This document shows positions 27,635 to 36,025 of a DNA stretch of 64,000 nucleotides, one piece after another. Each line of letters starts with the position of its first letter. Position 1 is the stretch's first letter. The stretch lies in NCBI GenBank assembly GCA_022750455.1, contig JAKIVR010000003.1:4457-68456 (forward strand), given 5' to 3'. The translations under genes and the position numbers were made by a program. This stretch comes from Thermoplasmata archaeon. Its GTDB lineage: Archaea; Thermoplasmatota; Thermoplasmata; Lutacidiplasmatales; UBA184. The notes under the pieces are model-generated. The model searched no databases and had not been told where the DNA came from. It was given only the letters and a program-made list of their open reading frames with translations.

Positions 27635-29773
27635 GTGGCGAACGGAGAGTCCCCCGAGGGCCCGGTCCGCCGCGTGCCCCACACCTCGGTGAGCCGGATC
27701 CTGGCGCATTCGATCCGGCTGTTCCACCCGAAGCGCGAGATCCAGCATCCGGTGATGTTCACGGTCTATGTGATGTTCTGGTTCCTGCTCGTCGTCACCC
27801 TCTTCCCCCAGGCGTTCCCGGATATCGACCGCTCGTACAGCGCCTCGTACTACCTGGCGATCACGCTCATCCTGTTCCTGACCCTGTGGTTCTCCCACCT
27901 GTCGGAGGCGATCGCCGAGGCGCAAGGGAAGGCGCAGGCCGACGCGCTCCGGGAGGTCCGCAGCGGGATCCGGGCCCGCCAGGTCCTCGCGGACGGGAAG
28001 CGCATCTGGGTCGGTGCCGAGCTCCTCCGCGTCGGGGACACCTTGGAGGTCGTGCCGGGTGAGGTCATCCCCCTGGACGGGGATGTGATCCTCGGCGCCG
28101 CGCAGATCGACGAATCGATGATGACGGGGGAGTCCGCGCTCGTCACCCGCGAGATGGGGGGGGACAAGACCAGCGTCCTCGGCGGGACCCACGTCGTCCA
28201 GGGGACCGTCCAGATCCGCGTCACGGCGATCCGGGGCCAGTCGTTCCTGGACCGGCTCATCCGTCTTGTGGAAGCGGCGAACCGGGAGAAGACCCCGAAC
28301 GAGCTCGCCCTGGACACCATCCTGGCGGCGTTCACCATCGCGCTGCTCATCGTCGTCCTCACGTTCCTGTTGCTGATCGCCTCCTTCTCGTACGTCGCGA
28401 TCGACGTCGGCACCGTGATCGCCCTCTACGTCTGCCTGATCCCTACCACGATCGGGGCGCTCTTGCCGGCGATCGGCATCTCGGGGATCAACCGGGTCGC
28501 GAAGGCGAACGTGATCGCCAAGAGCGGCAAGGCGGTGGAAGCGGCGGGGGACCTCGACGTCCTGATCCTCGACAAGACGGGCACGATCACCGTGGGGAAT
28601 CGCCTCGCCGTCCAGTTCATCGCCGCCCCGGATATCTCGGAGAAGGAGCTGCTCACGAGCGCGTTGTTCGCCTCCAGCCTCGATGTCACCCCCGAAGGCC
28701 GCTCGATCGTGCGGCTGGCGGCCCGCCGCGGCGCCCCGAACCTCTCGCTCGCCGAGGGGTCGTACCGGGTGATCCCGTTCACGGCGGAACGACGGACCAG
28801 CGGGATCACCATGACCGACGGCCGGGAGATCTACAAAGGAGCCGTCAAGGCGATCGAGGCGTACGCGGGCGCCCTCCCCCCGAGCCTCGCCGAGGCCGCG
28901 GACAGCGCCGCCCGGGAGGGGATGACCCCGCTGGCGGTCGCGGAGAACAAGCGCATCATGGGCCTCGTGATCTTGAAGGACGTCATCAAGCCCGGCATCA
29001 CCGACCGGTTGCGCGAGCTGCGGATGATGGGGATCCGCACGGTGATGTGCACGGGGGACAACCGATTGACCGCGCTCGCGATCGGTCGGGAGAGCGGCGT
29101 CGACGAGGTCGAGGCCGAAGCGAAGCCCGAGACGAAGCTCGCCATCATCGAGCGGGAGAAGGCGCAGGGCCGGATGGTGGCGATGAGTGGCGACGGCTCC
29201 AACGATGCCCCGGCCCTCGCCAAGGCGGACGTCGGCCTCGCCATGAACAGCGGCACCGGCGCCGCCAAGGAGGCCGGGAACATGGTCGATCTCGACAACG
29301 ACCCGACCAAGCTGATCGAGATCATCTCCATCGGCAAGCAGCTGCTGATCACTCGCGGCGCACTCACCACCTTCTCCGTTACCAACGACGTGGCGAAGTA
29401 CTTCGCGATCATCCCGGCGTTGTTCGTGACCGCCAACGGCGGCTTCCTGGCCGGGGTAGCGGCCCTGAACATCATGGGGCTCTCCGACCCTCACCTTGCC
29501 GTGCTCGCCGCCGTCCTGTTCAACGCCCTGATCATCCCGATCCTCATTCCTCTCGCCCTGTACGGCGTACGTTTCCGACCCCGCAGCGCCATCGACCTCC
29601 TCCGACAGAACGTCCTCTTCTACGGCCTCGGCGGCCTCGTCTCGGCGTTCGCCGGCATCTGGCTCTGCTACGCCGCCCTCAACTGGCTCGGTCGCCAAGG
29701 CTGGTGGCAGACGGTGATCACCGGGATCAACCACAGCCTGCCGTTGATGATCCAGTTCGGAGGCCACCTGTGA
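27635..29773 (+). CDS. kdpB: potassium-transporting P-type ATPase subunit B
   Basis: P-type ATPase motifs: phosphorylation site DKTGTIT, TGDN, GDGSNDAPAL. 712 aa. GTG start 2 nt after the kdpA stop. Confidence 0.92.
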   Translation: MANGESPEGPVRRVPHTSVSRILAHSIRLFHPKREIQHPVMFTVYVMFWFLLVVTLFPQAFPDIDRSYSASYYLAITLILFLTLWFSHLSEAIAEAQGKAQADALREVRSGIRARQVLADGKRIWVGAELLRVGDTLEVVPGEVIPLDGDVILGAAQIDESMMTGESALVTREMGGDKTSVLGGTHVVQGTVQIRVTAIRGQSFLDRLIRLVEAANREKTPNELALDTILAAFTIALLIVVLTFLLLIASFSYVAIDVGTVIALYVCLIPTTIGALLPAIGISGINRVAKANVIAKSGKAVEAAGDLDVLILDKTGTITVGNRLAVQFIAAPDISEKELLTSALFASSLDVTPEGRSIVRLAARRGAPNLSLAEGSYRVIPFTAERRTSGITMTDGREIYKGAVKAIEAYAGALPPSLAEAADSAAREGMTPLAVAENKRIMGLVILKDVIKPGITDRLRELRMMGIRTVMCTGDNRLTALAIGRESGVDEVEAEAKPETKLAIIEREKAQGRMVAMSGDGSNDAPALAKADVGLAMNSGTGAAKEAGNMVDLDNDPTKLIEIISIGKQLLITRGALTTFSVTNDVAKYFAIIPALFVTANGGFLAGVAALNIMGLSDPHLAVLAAVLFNALIIPILIPLALYGVRFRPRSAIDLLRQNVLFYGLGGLVSAFAGIWLCYAALNWLGRQGWWQTVITGINHSLPLMIQFGGHL

Positions 29774-29871
29774 GCGCCCCGTCCCCCTTGACGGACCCGA
29801 AGGAGTCGGGGAGCTCGATCCGCCCGATCTCGATCGGGGACCGCTCGCGCGTTCCCGAACCCCCTCCGACG

Positions 29872-30261
29872 ATGTCGATGTCCCGGCACCTCCGTGCGGG
29901 GCTGGTCTTCTTCGTGATCATGATCCTGTTCGCGGGCGTCGCGTATCCTCTCGGGATCGCCACGCTCGGCTGGGAGTTGCACTCCGGGCCCAGCACGACC
30001 CCGGTCGCCTCGGACAATACGACGGCGCCGTCCAACAACAGCACGGGAAACTCGAGCGCGAACGCCTCGGTCATGTTCGACGGATCGAGGTCGCCATCGA
30101 TGCCGGCAGGTGCCGGGCGACCGGGGGCCCCTTCGATCGCCTCCGCCCCGTGGCCCCAAACCTACGTGTACCTGCCCGGCCTACGGACCTCCGTCGAATT
30201 CCCGACGCCTCCCGCGCCGTCGCGGGGGATCGTCGCGGGCGCCGACGCGATCGCACGGTGA
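29872..30261 (+). CDS. kdpC: KdpC-like membrane anchor, truncated/divergent (130 aa; soluble KdpC domain absent)
   Basis: N-terminus MSMSRHLRAGLVFFVIMILFAGVAYPLG matches the KdpC N-terminal TM (LRPAL...GVxYPL). The remainder is an S/N/P/A-rich low-complexity tail with N-x-S/T sequons. No KdpC C-terminal motifs in any frame. Confidence 0.5.
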   Translation: MSMSRHLRAGLVFFVIMILFAGVAYPLGIATLGWELHSGPSTTPVASDNTTAPSNNSTGNSSANASVMFDGSRSPSMPAGAGRPGAPSIASAPWPQTYVYLPGLRTSVEFPTPPAPSRGIVAGADAIAR

Positions 30262-30267
30262 ACTACC

Positions 30268-31077
30268 ATGTACAAGCAGATCCTGATCCCCGTGACCGGC
30301 CCCGCCGAGGTGGAACCGTTGATCGGGTTCGCGGCCCAGCTCCTCGAAGCGGACGGTGAGATCCGGCTCCTGCACGTGATCTCCAACGAATCGCTGACCG
30401 ATGTCACTCGGCAGTGGCGCTCGTCCGTGAACATCGTCATCCCGGCTCACGAAGCCGGCGCGGCCCTCGACGTGCGCGTCGAGCCCGAGGTCCGCTCCGC
30501 CCACGATGTGGCGACCGAGATCCTCGAGCGATCCGAGACCGGCGGGGTGGACGCGATCCTGATGACTCTCCGGGGCGCCCGCCGGGAGAGGAACCCGTTC
30601 GTCGGCCACACGGCGAGCTCCATCCTGCACCACGCCACGTGCGACGTGCTCGTGGTGAACCGCCTCGCCCTCGCCGAAAAGAGCATCCGTCGGGTCCTGG
30701 TGCCGTCGCTCGGCACCGGTCCGCCGCCGAAGGTGCTCCGACTCGCCGAGGAGATCGCGGTCCACAATCAAGGGGTCCCGATCATCACGCTCGCCATCTC
30801 GCCGCGCGGCGATGAAGGGGGTTCGAACCGTGCGCCCCCGTCTCGGACCCCTCGCGGGGTCCCGATGCAGATGCACCGCTCGTTCTTCTCCGACGCCATC
30901 CTCGGCCGCCGACGCCAGCTGCCGCGGTTGATCCTCTCCTCGGCCGCCCGCGAGAAGTTCGGCCTGTTGTTGGTCGGGGACGACCCGACGTCCGACACGG
31001 GATCGATCCTGACCCGCACCTTCCTCGACGAACTGTTCCGGTCGGCGCCGTGCCCCGTCGTCGCCCTCCACGGCTAG
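30268..31077 (+). CDS. tandem universal stress protein (UspA) domain protein, KdpQ-like
   Basis: Two Usp-like halves: MYKQILIPVTG...LLHVIS and RRVLVPSLGTG...GLLLVG. Position directly after kdpC resembles haloarchaeal kdpFABCQ. Confidence 0.8.
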   Translation: MYKQILIPVTGPAEVEPLIGFAAQLLEADGEIRLLHVISNESLTDVTRQWRSSVNIVIPAHEAGAALDVRVEPEVRSAHDVATEILERSETGGVDAILMTLRGARRERNPFVGHTASSILHHATCDVLVVNRLALAEKSIRRVLVPSLGTGPPPKVLRLAEEIAVHNQGVPIITLAISPRGDEGGSNRAPPSRTPRGVPMQMHRSFFSDAILGRRRQLPRLILSSAAREKFGLLLVGDDPTSDTGSILTRTFLDELFRSAPCPVVALHG

Positions 31078-31089
31078 GCGGACGGGCCG

Positions 31090-31899
31090 ATGAGCGTCCT
31101 CTGGTTCGTAGGCCTCGGTCTCGCCGGCCCCCAGGAGATCCCTCCTCGGGTCCGGCAGCTGACCGCCGAAGCCGGTGCCGTGTTCGCCGAAGAGTACACC
31201 AGCCGGGTGAGCCCGGGAACGATGGACGCCCTAGAGCGGGAGGTGGGGCGTCCGATCGTTCGGGTCGACCGCTCCGCGTTGGAGGCCGAGGGGCTCGTCC
31301 GGGAGGCGCTCCATCACCACGCGCAGGTCGTCCTGCTCGTGGCCGGAGATCCTTTCGTGGCGACCACCCACGTCGCGCTCCGGGTCGCGGCCGAGTCGTG
31401 GGGACACGAGTGGCGGTACGTCCCCGGGGCCACCGTGGCCACGGCCGTCCCCGGATTTCTCGGGTTGCAACAGTACCGGTTCGGGCGGACCGTGTCGATC
31501 CCGTTCCCGGAACCGAATTTCACGCCTCGCTCTCCGCGGGACGCGATCGGGAGGAATCGGTCGGCGGGCCTGCACACCCTCGTGCTCCTCGACCTCCGTC
31601 CGGACCTGGACCGGTACCTCACGGCGAACGAGGCGCTCCGGATCCTGATCGAGCAGGATGCGTCGTTCCCGCCCCCCCTCTTCCCGCCCGAGCAACCGGT
31701 GGCCGTCGCCGCTCGCGTCGGCCGCGACGACGCCGCCGGATGGTTCGGTCCGATCGAGGCGCTCTCGCGGGCCGACTTCGGCCCACCGTTGCACGCCCTC
31801 GTCGTCCCGGCGCTCCCCCTGCATTTCGAGGAGGCGGCGGCCCTCGTGAGATTCCGCCTCCCGGAGGACCGGCGCTCCCGGCCCGCAAGCCCGGCCTAG
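31090..31899 (+). CDS. dph5: diphthine synthase (tetrapyrrole-methylase fold)
   Basis: N-terminus MSVLWFVGLGLAGPQEI...AEEYTS matches the Dph5 start M.LY.IGLGL...E.YTS. Length 269 aa. Confidence 0.85.
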   Translation: MSVLWFVGLGLAGPQEIPPRVRQLTAEAGAVFAEEYTSRVSPGTMDALEREVGRPIVRVDRSALEAEGLVREALHHHAQVVLLVAGDPFVATTHVALRVAAESWGHEWRYVPGATVATAVPGFLGLQQYRFGRTVSIPFPEPNFTPRSPRDAIGRNRSAGLHTLVLLDLRPDLDRYLTANEALRILIEQDASFPPPLFPPEQPVAVAARVGRDDAAGWFGPIEALSRADFGPPLHALVVPALPLHFEEAAALVRFRLPEDRRSRPASPA

Positions 31900-32284
31900 C
31901 GGTACCGACGCAACTGCGGCGGAAGTGTCTGGACAAAATCTCCCCGGTGGAACGGGCGGCGGACCACTCCGTCGACGTTCGGTCCCGTCAAGATCGGGTC
32001 CTCGTTGGCAGCGTCCTCCGACGAGACCACGACGGTCCAGAGGTCGGGTTGGGCGGCCTTGGTCTCCTCGGCGAGCGCCTGGGCCTCCCCATCGGAGAGC
32101 GATCGCTCGATGACCAGGATGCTTGGGTGGTCCCGTCGGACCCGGGCGGCCGCCTCGGCGGCTCCCGTCACGTCCCCGACGACGTGCACGCCTTCGAGAA
32201 CGAGAAGGGAGCGCAACAACGCCCGCACGTCCTCGTCGGCGGCGACGACGACGGCCGTCCAAGGCTCCACCTCCGCCGTCGACA
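31896..32284 (-). CDS. stand-alone receiver (CheY-like) domain protein, atypical (phospho-acceptor Asp->Glu, Lys->Arg)
   Basis: 129 aa. AVVVAADED acidic pocket. ILVIERSLSDG where the canonical D is E. VVVSSED (T/S position). GVVRRPF (K->R). Overlaps the dph5 stop convergently. Confidence 0.5.
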
Positions 32285-32329
32285 TGGGGTCGCCCTCCAG
32301 GGTACGGAGCGAGTCGGGGGTATATTCCA

Positions 32330-33871
32330 CTACCCTGGGCCGGAGCGCTCGCCCCAGTTGGTGACCCCGGCGGCCGCCAAGAGGCCCCCAAGGGCGGCGT
32401 CGTACGTCTCCGGGGTCGCCGCGAGCAGGGCTCGGGCGCGCTCTTGCAGCGCTTCCCCGAACTGACGCTCGGTGTCCGCGAACTGCCAGTTGTGAGCGGG
32501 GCCGCGGTCCATGGCGAGCAGCAGCCCCCAGGCCAACCCTCGCTCCCGACCTTCCCGGGGGAGGGTCTGCTCGAGTCGCCGTTCCGCGGCCGGGTTGCCG
32601 TTGATCCGGGCCTCCCGCGCGATCGCGTCGACAAAGGCGGCCTCCGGCACGAGCCGCTCGTATTGGGGGAGGGCCCCGAGCGCCGCGCGATCCGTCGAAT
32701 CGCGGGCCGCACGGCGGAGCAGCTCCGCCACTCGTCCGGGCGCACCCCGACCTTCGGCGACCCACGCCTCGGCGCGTTCGGGATCGTCCACGATCGCCCC
32801 GACGATCGTCTCGGCGTGGTCGCGCCACAGCTCCTCGAGGGCTCGACTCGCCCGGGGCTCGTCGAGGTCGATCTGTCGCGAGACCTCGGGGAGCACGGCC
32901 GTGAGCGCCCGCCGTTCCACGTCGTTCGGGTGCAGCGCCTCGATGAACGCGCCCGAGTTCTGTCCGTAGCAGACCCCGCCCGCGATGAACAGCGTCCCGC
33001 CTCGGCGGGCAACCGCCTGGTTGCACTCCGTGACGTACTCCTGCAGCAGCTCGCGGTCGCCGATCCGCCCGAGGTGGTACCGCTTCTCGGTGGCCCGTGC
33101 GATCTCCGGCAGGCGCTGGTGGGGGCAGTCGGGGCCGCCCCGGCAGTCGATGTTCCGGTGGGCGGCGACCGGGAACGACGCCTCCGGGTCCCGGATCGCG
33201 GCGCCCCCGGAGATCGAGGCGAGGAGGTGTCGGTCGTCCTTGGTGCACCGGTCGCAGACCTCCCAGGCGAGGTCGGCGTCGGTCCAGTGGATCTCCAGGT
33301 ACGGGCGACGCTCGCCCGCCTCGAGGTGAGAGCAGCGGGAGAGCTTCCCGTGCCGAGTGACCCGATACGGCAGCGCCCGCTCGAGCGCCTGGAGGTACTC
33401 GGGCGGGGGCACCGACGACGATCCCGGGCTCACGACCCCGTCGCTGACGGCGAAGAACGACCAGCCTTTGCGGGTCAGCGGCACGTAGGCGAGCAGGAGA
33501 CGCCGGGGCACGTCGTAGTTCTGCACGGCGATCTGCATCTCCTTCGGGGCGCTCGCCACCGGGGCGTACGGGACCTCCCCGTCGCCGAGCCGAACGGTGA
33601 CCAGCGGCGGCAGCTCCTCATCGAGGTACGTTCGGAGGACGCCCGCCAACGCGCGAGGCATGTCGTCGCCCCACCGTCGGAGATGGTCGAGTCGCTTCGG
33701 ATCGTCGCGGTTCTCCCGGACCTCCTCAAGGCGGGTGTGGAGCTTCTCGAACGCATCCTTCGGGCAGTCGCCGACCGGCCGCGGCAGGAGCGGATCGATG
33801 CTCTTGCGGAGTCGTTCGACCCGCTTCCAGAACTCCTCCTCCCACCGATTCGAGGCCCGACGGATGCGCAT
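32330..33871 (-). CDS. hypothetical Cys/His-cluster protein (513 aa)
   Basis: Protein-like composition with clusters CSHLE...CDRCTKDD and CRGGPDCPHQ. Antisense plus-strand ORF 32123-34483 is R/P-rich junk. Start ATG 33871 (MRIRRASNRWEEEF) preferred over 33940. Confidence 0.55.
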   Translation of the reverse strand: MRIRRASNRWEEEFWKRVERLRKSIDPLLPRPVGDCPKDAFEKLHTRLEEVRENRDDPKRLDHLRRWGDDMPRALAGVLRTYLDEELPPLVTVRLGDGEVPYAPVASAPKEMQIAVQNYDVPRRLLLAYVPLTRKGWSFFAVSDGVVSPGSSSVPPPEYLQALERALPYRVTRHGKLSRCSHLEAGERRPYLEIHWTDADLAWEVCDRCTKDDRHLLASISGGAAIRDPEASFPVAAHRNIDCRGGPDCPHQRLPEIARATEKRYHLGRIGDRELLQEYVTECNQAVARRGGTLFIAGGVCYGQNSGAFIEALHPNDVERRALTAVLPEVSRQIDLDEPRASRALEELWRDHAETIVGAIVDDPERAEAWVAEGRGAPGRVAELLRRAARDSTDRAALGALPQYERLVPEAAFVDAIAREARINGNPAAERRLEQTLPREGRERGLAWGLLLAMDRGPAHNWQFADTERQFGEALQERARALLAATPETYDAALGGLLAAAGVTNWGERSGPG

Positions 33872-33896
33872 CGTCGAGGCGAGGTCGGGGCCCGTA

Positions 33897-34496
33897 CTAA
33901 GCGCTTCGCGGCGGAGGAAGGGGGGTCTCCCCGCGGGCAAGGGCGAGGAAGTTCTCGAAGATCCGCCGCCCTCCGACGGTATGTTCGACCTCGGGGTGGA
34001 ACTGGACGCCGAACAGCGGACGGTCCGGCGCGGCCATCGCCTGGACCGGGCAGGCGGTCGAGCGGGCGAGCGTCGTCCACCCGGGCGGCGGCTGGGTCAC
34101 CTGGTCGTTGTGGTTCGCCCAGACCCGGGTCGGCGAGCTCAGACCGGTCCAGAGCGGGTGCACGGGGTCGCTCAGTTCGACCTCGACGCGACCGAACTCG
34201 CCGGCCGCGGCGTGGCTCACCGTGCCCCCGTAGTGTCGGGCGAGATACTGGTGACCGACGCAGATGCCGAGCACCGGGAGGCGCAGCACGTCGATCCACT
34301 CCGCCACCCGCCCGAGGGGCTCGGTGGAGCTCTCCAGGCTCAAGGCGCCCCCCGAGAGCACGACGGCGTCCGCCCCCGCGATCTCCTCGGGCGCGGCGGT
34401 GTTCGGCAGGATCTGACAATCGACCCCGAGGTCGCGCAGCACCCGCCACTCTCGGTGGGTCCACTGACCGCCGTTGTCGATGACCGGTACCTTCAT
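33897..34496 (-). CDS. guaAA: GMP synthase (glutamine-hydrolysing) subunit A, class I glutamine amidotransferase
   Basis: MKVPVIDNGGQWTHREWRVLRDLGV...LSGG...LGICVGHQ (catalytic Cys)...GVQFHPE. ~199 aa as in archaeal GuaAA. ATGA overlap with the upstream gene. Confidence 0.85.
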   Translation of the reverse strand: MKVPVIDNGGQWTHREWRVLRDLGVDCQILPNTAAPEEIAGADAVVLSGGALSLESSTEPLGRVAEWIDVLRLPVLGICVGHQYLARHYGGTVSHAAAGEFGRVEVELSDPVHPLWTGLSSPTRVWANHNDQVTQPPPGWTTLARSTACPVQAMAAPDRPLFGVQFHPEVEHTVGGRRIFENFLALARGETPLPPPRSA

Positions 34497-34855
34497 CGGG
34501 CTCCCTCCCCGCCTCCCCCCGGCTTCGAGGGCGGGGTCGGGGGGTCGCGAGCGGCGAGGAGCTCCTTCAGCTCTTCGCGGAGCTCGCTCACCTCCGTGCG
34601 CATGTGGAGCATCTCCTCCTCGAACGGGGTGAACGACCGGGTCGAGTAGATGCGGGACGAGAGGTAGAAGCCGACGAAGACCGCGCCGACGAGGGCGAGG
34701 ATCGTCACCAGGAGGATGCCGATGAGGATCGAGTACGGCGAGAGGATCGCGGTGGCGAGGGGCACGGTGAACAGGCGGGTGATCTCGGCGAGCTCGACGA
34801 TGACGAGCGCCCCGACGACGCCGATCCAGAAGATGCTCCACCGGGCGATCTTCAC
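34493..34855 (-). CDS. small membrane protein (3 TM) with C-terminal coiled coil
   Basis: MKIARWSIFWIGVVGALVIVELA...ILLVTILALVGAVFVGFYL, then EEEMLHMRTEVSELREELKELLAAR. 4-nt overlaps with both neighbours. Confidence 0.5.
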   Translation of the reverse strand: MKIARWSIFWIGVVGALVIVELAEITRLFTVPLATAILSPYSILIGILLVTILALVGAVFVGFYLSSRIYSTRSFTPFEEEMLHMRTEVSELREELKELLAARDPPTPPSKPGGGGEGAR

Positions 34856-35406
34856 GGACAGGCCCCCACTTCGAGGGTGAGCGGCAGTTCGACGGGGAGT
34901 GTATCGAGCGGGACCGCGCTGGGCGCGGTGCCCGAGAGCGCGGGGGTCAACGTCGCCACCAGGAGGGTCGTCCCCGAGACGGCCAAGACGTACTGCCCGC
35001 CGTAGACCGCGCGTCCGTTCTGGGGGTCGACGTACGTCGCCGTCACGTTCACCGCGACGGGATCGATCGAGGTCGTGAGGTTATCGAACAACGACTCCGA
35101 CGCGTTCGCCCATCGGCTCCAGTTGAGCCCTGCGGCGGAGGGGGGAGGCGGCCAGGTAGCATTGGCGATCGCGATCGAGAGGTTCAGGAACCGGATCGTC
35201 TCCACCCCGTCCACGTACAGCTTCAGGACGTTCATCCCCAGGGGCTGGTCGACGTCCAGCTTCGGCGCGCTGCCGAAGCACCCGGCCGTCGGAGTGTTCG
35301 GGGCGACGAGGTCCGGGGTGAGCACGATCAACAGCACCAGGAGGGCGCTCAGACCCGCGAGCGGCCAGTTGAGGACCCCGCGATCGGGGACTGGCACCGG
35401 GTTCAT
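34852..35406 (-). CDS. small secreted/membrane-anchored glycoprotein (184 aa)
   Basis: N-terminal helix LAGLSALLVLLIVL. N-x-S/T sequons NLS, NAT, NWS, NAS, NLT, NVT. ATGA overlap with the ubiX stop. Confidence 0.5.
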   Translation of the reverse strand: MNPVPVPDRGVLNWPLAGLSALLVLLIVLTPDLVAPNTPTAGCFGSAPKLDVDQPLGMNVLKLYVDGVETIRFLNLSIAIANATWPPPPSAAGLNWSRWANASESLFDNLTTSIDPVAVNVTATYVDPQNGRAVYGGQYVLAVSGTTLLVATLTPALSGTAPSAVPLDTLPVELPLTLEVGACP

Positions 35407-35981
35407 CCGGGTACCCCCACCTTCCATCCCCGATAGAGTTGGTGGGGGACGTGCAGGTGGTCGAGAACCTTGCCGGCGAGGTAGTCCGTGACGTCTTCGA
35501 TCGTCTTCGGATGGAGGTAGTAGGCGGGCTCGGGCGGCAGGATGACGACCCCGAGCTCGGCGAGCCGGGTGAGATGGCCGAGCAGGATCGGCGAGAGCGG
35601 GGTCTCGCGCACGACGAGCAGGAGCGGCCGCCGCTCCTTCAGGTGGACGTGCGCCGCGCGGGTCACCAGGGTATCGGCGAGGCCGAGCGCGATCTTGGCC
35701 GCCGTGTGCGAGGAGCAGGGCACCACCGCCATCGCCTGGGTCGGACGGGAGCCGCTCGCGTAGGCGTGGGCGAGGTCCTTGTCGTTGGCGATCTCGAGAG
35801 CCCACGGCCGGAGCGCGTCGAGGGGGAGCCCGCTCTCCTCGCGCAGCACCGCCTCGGCCCCCTCGGAGATGATGACGACCGGCGGCCGGCCCGCTTCGTG
35901 GAGGGCCCGGATGACCCGGAGCGCGATTGGGGCCCCGCTCGCCCCCGTGACGCCGATCAGGATCGGCGCGTCTTCGACCAA
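35403..35981 (-). CDS. ubiX: flavin prenyltransferase UbiX/PAD1 family
   Basis: ILIGVTGASGA P-loop-like start, LVVVRETPLS, ILPPEPAYY. 192 aa, typical of UbiX. Confidence 0.85.
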   Translation of the reverse strand: MVEDAPILIGVTGASGAPIALRVIRALHEAGRPPVVIISEGAEAVLREESGLPLDALRPWALEIANDKDLAHAYASGSRPTQAMAVVPCSSHTAAKIALGLADTLVTRAAHVHLKERRPLLLVVRETPLSPILLGHLTRLAELGVVILPPEPAYYLHPKTIEDVTDYLAGKVLDHLHVPHQLYRGWKVGVPG

Positions 35982-35998
35982 CGTTCCTTGCCCCCGGA

Positions 35999-36006
35999 GT
36001 TATAGC
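35999..36006. promoter_or_regulatory. quasi-symmetric TATA element (GTTATAGC) shared by divergent ubiX and thiolase genes
   Basis: Sole AT-rich element in the 44-nt gap between divergent starts (35981 minus, 36026 plus). ~21-25 nt from each start. Confidence 0.45.
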
Positions 36007-36025
36007 TCGGAACGGCTCGTTCGAT

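Noticed and set aside
29770-30270. Search for the missing KdpC soluble domain in alternative frames (frameshifted kdpC).
   Set aside because: No KdpC-like periplasmic-domain sequence is present in any of the three plus frames. The gene is therefore called truncated or divergent rather than a simple frameshift. Resequencing is still advised.
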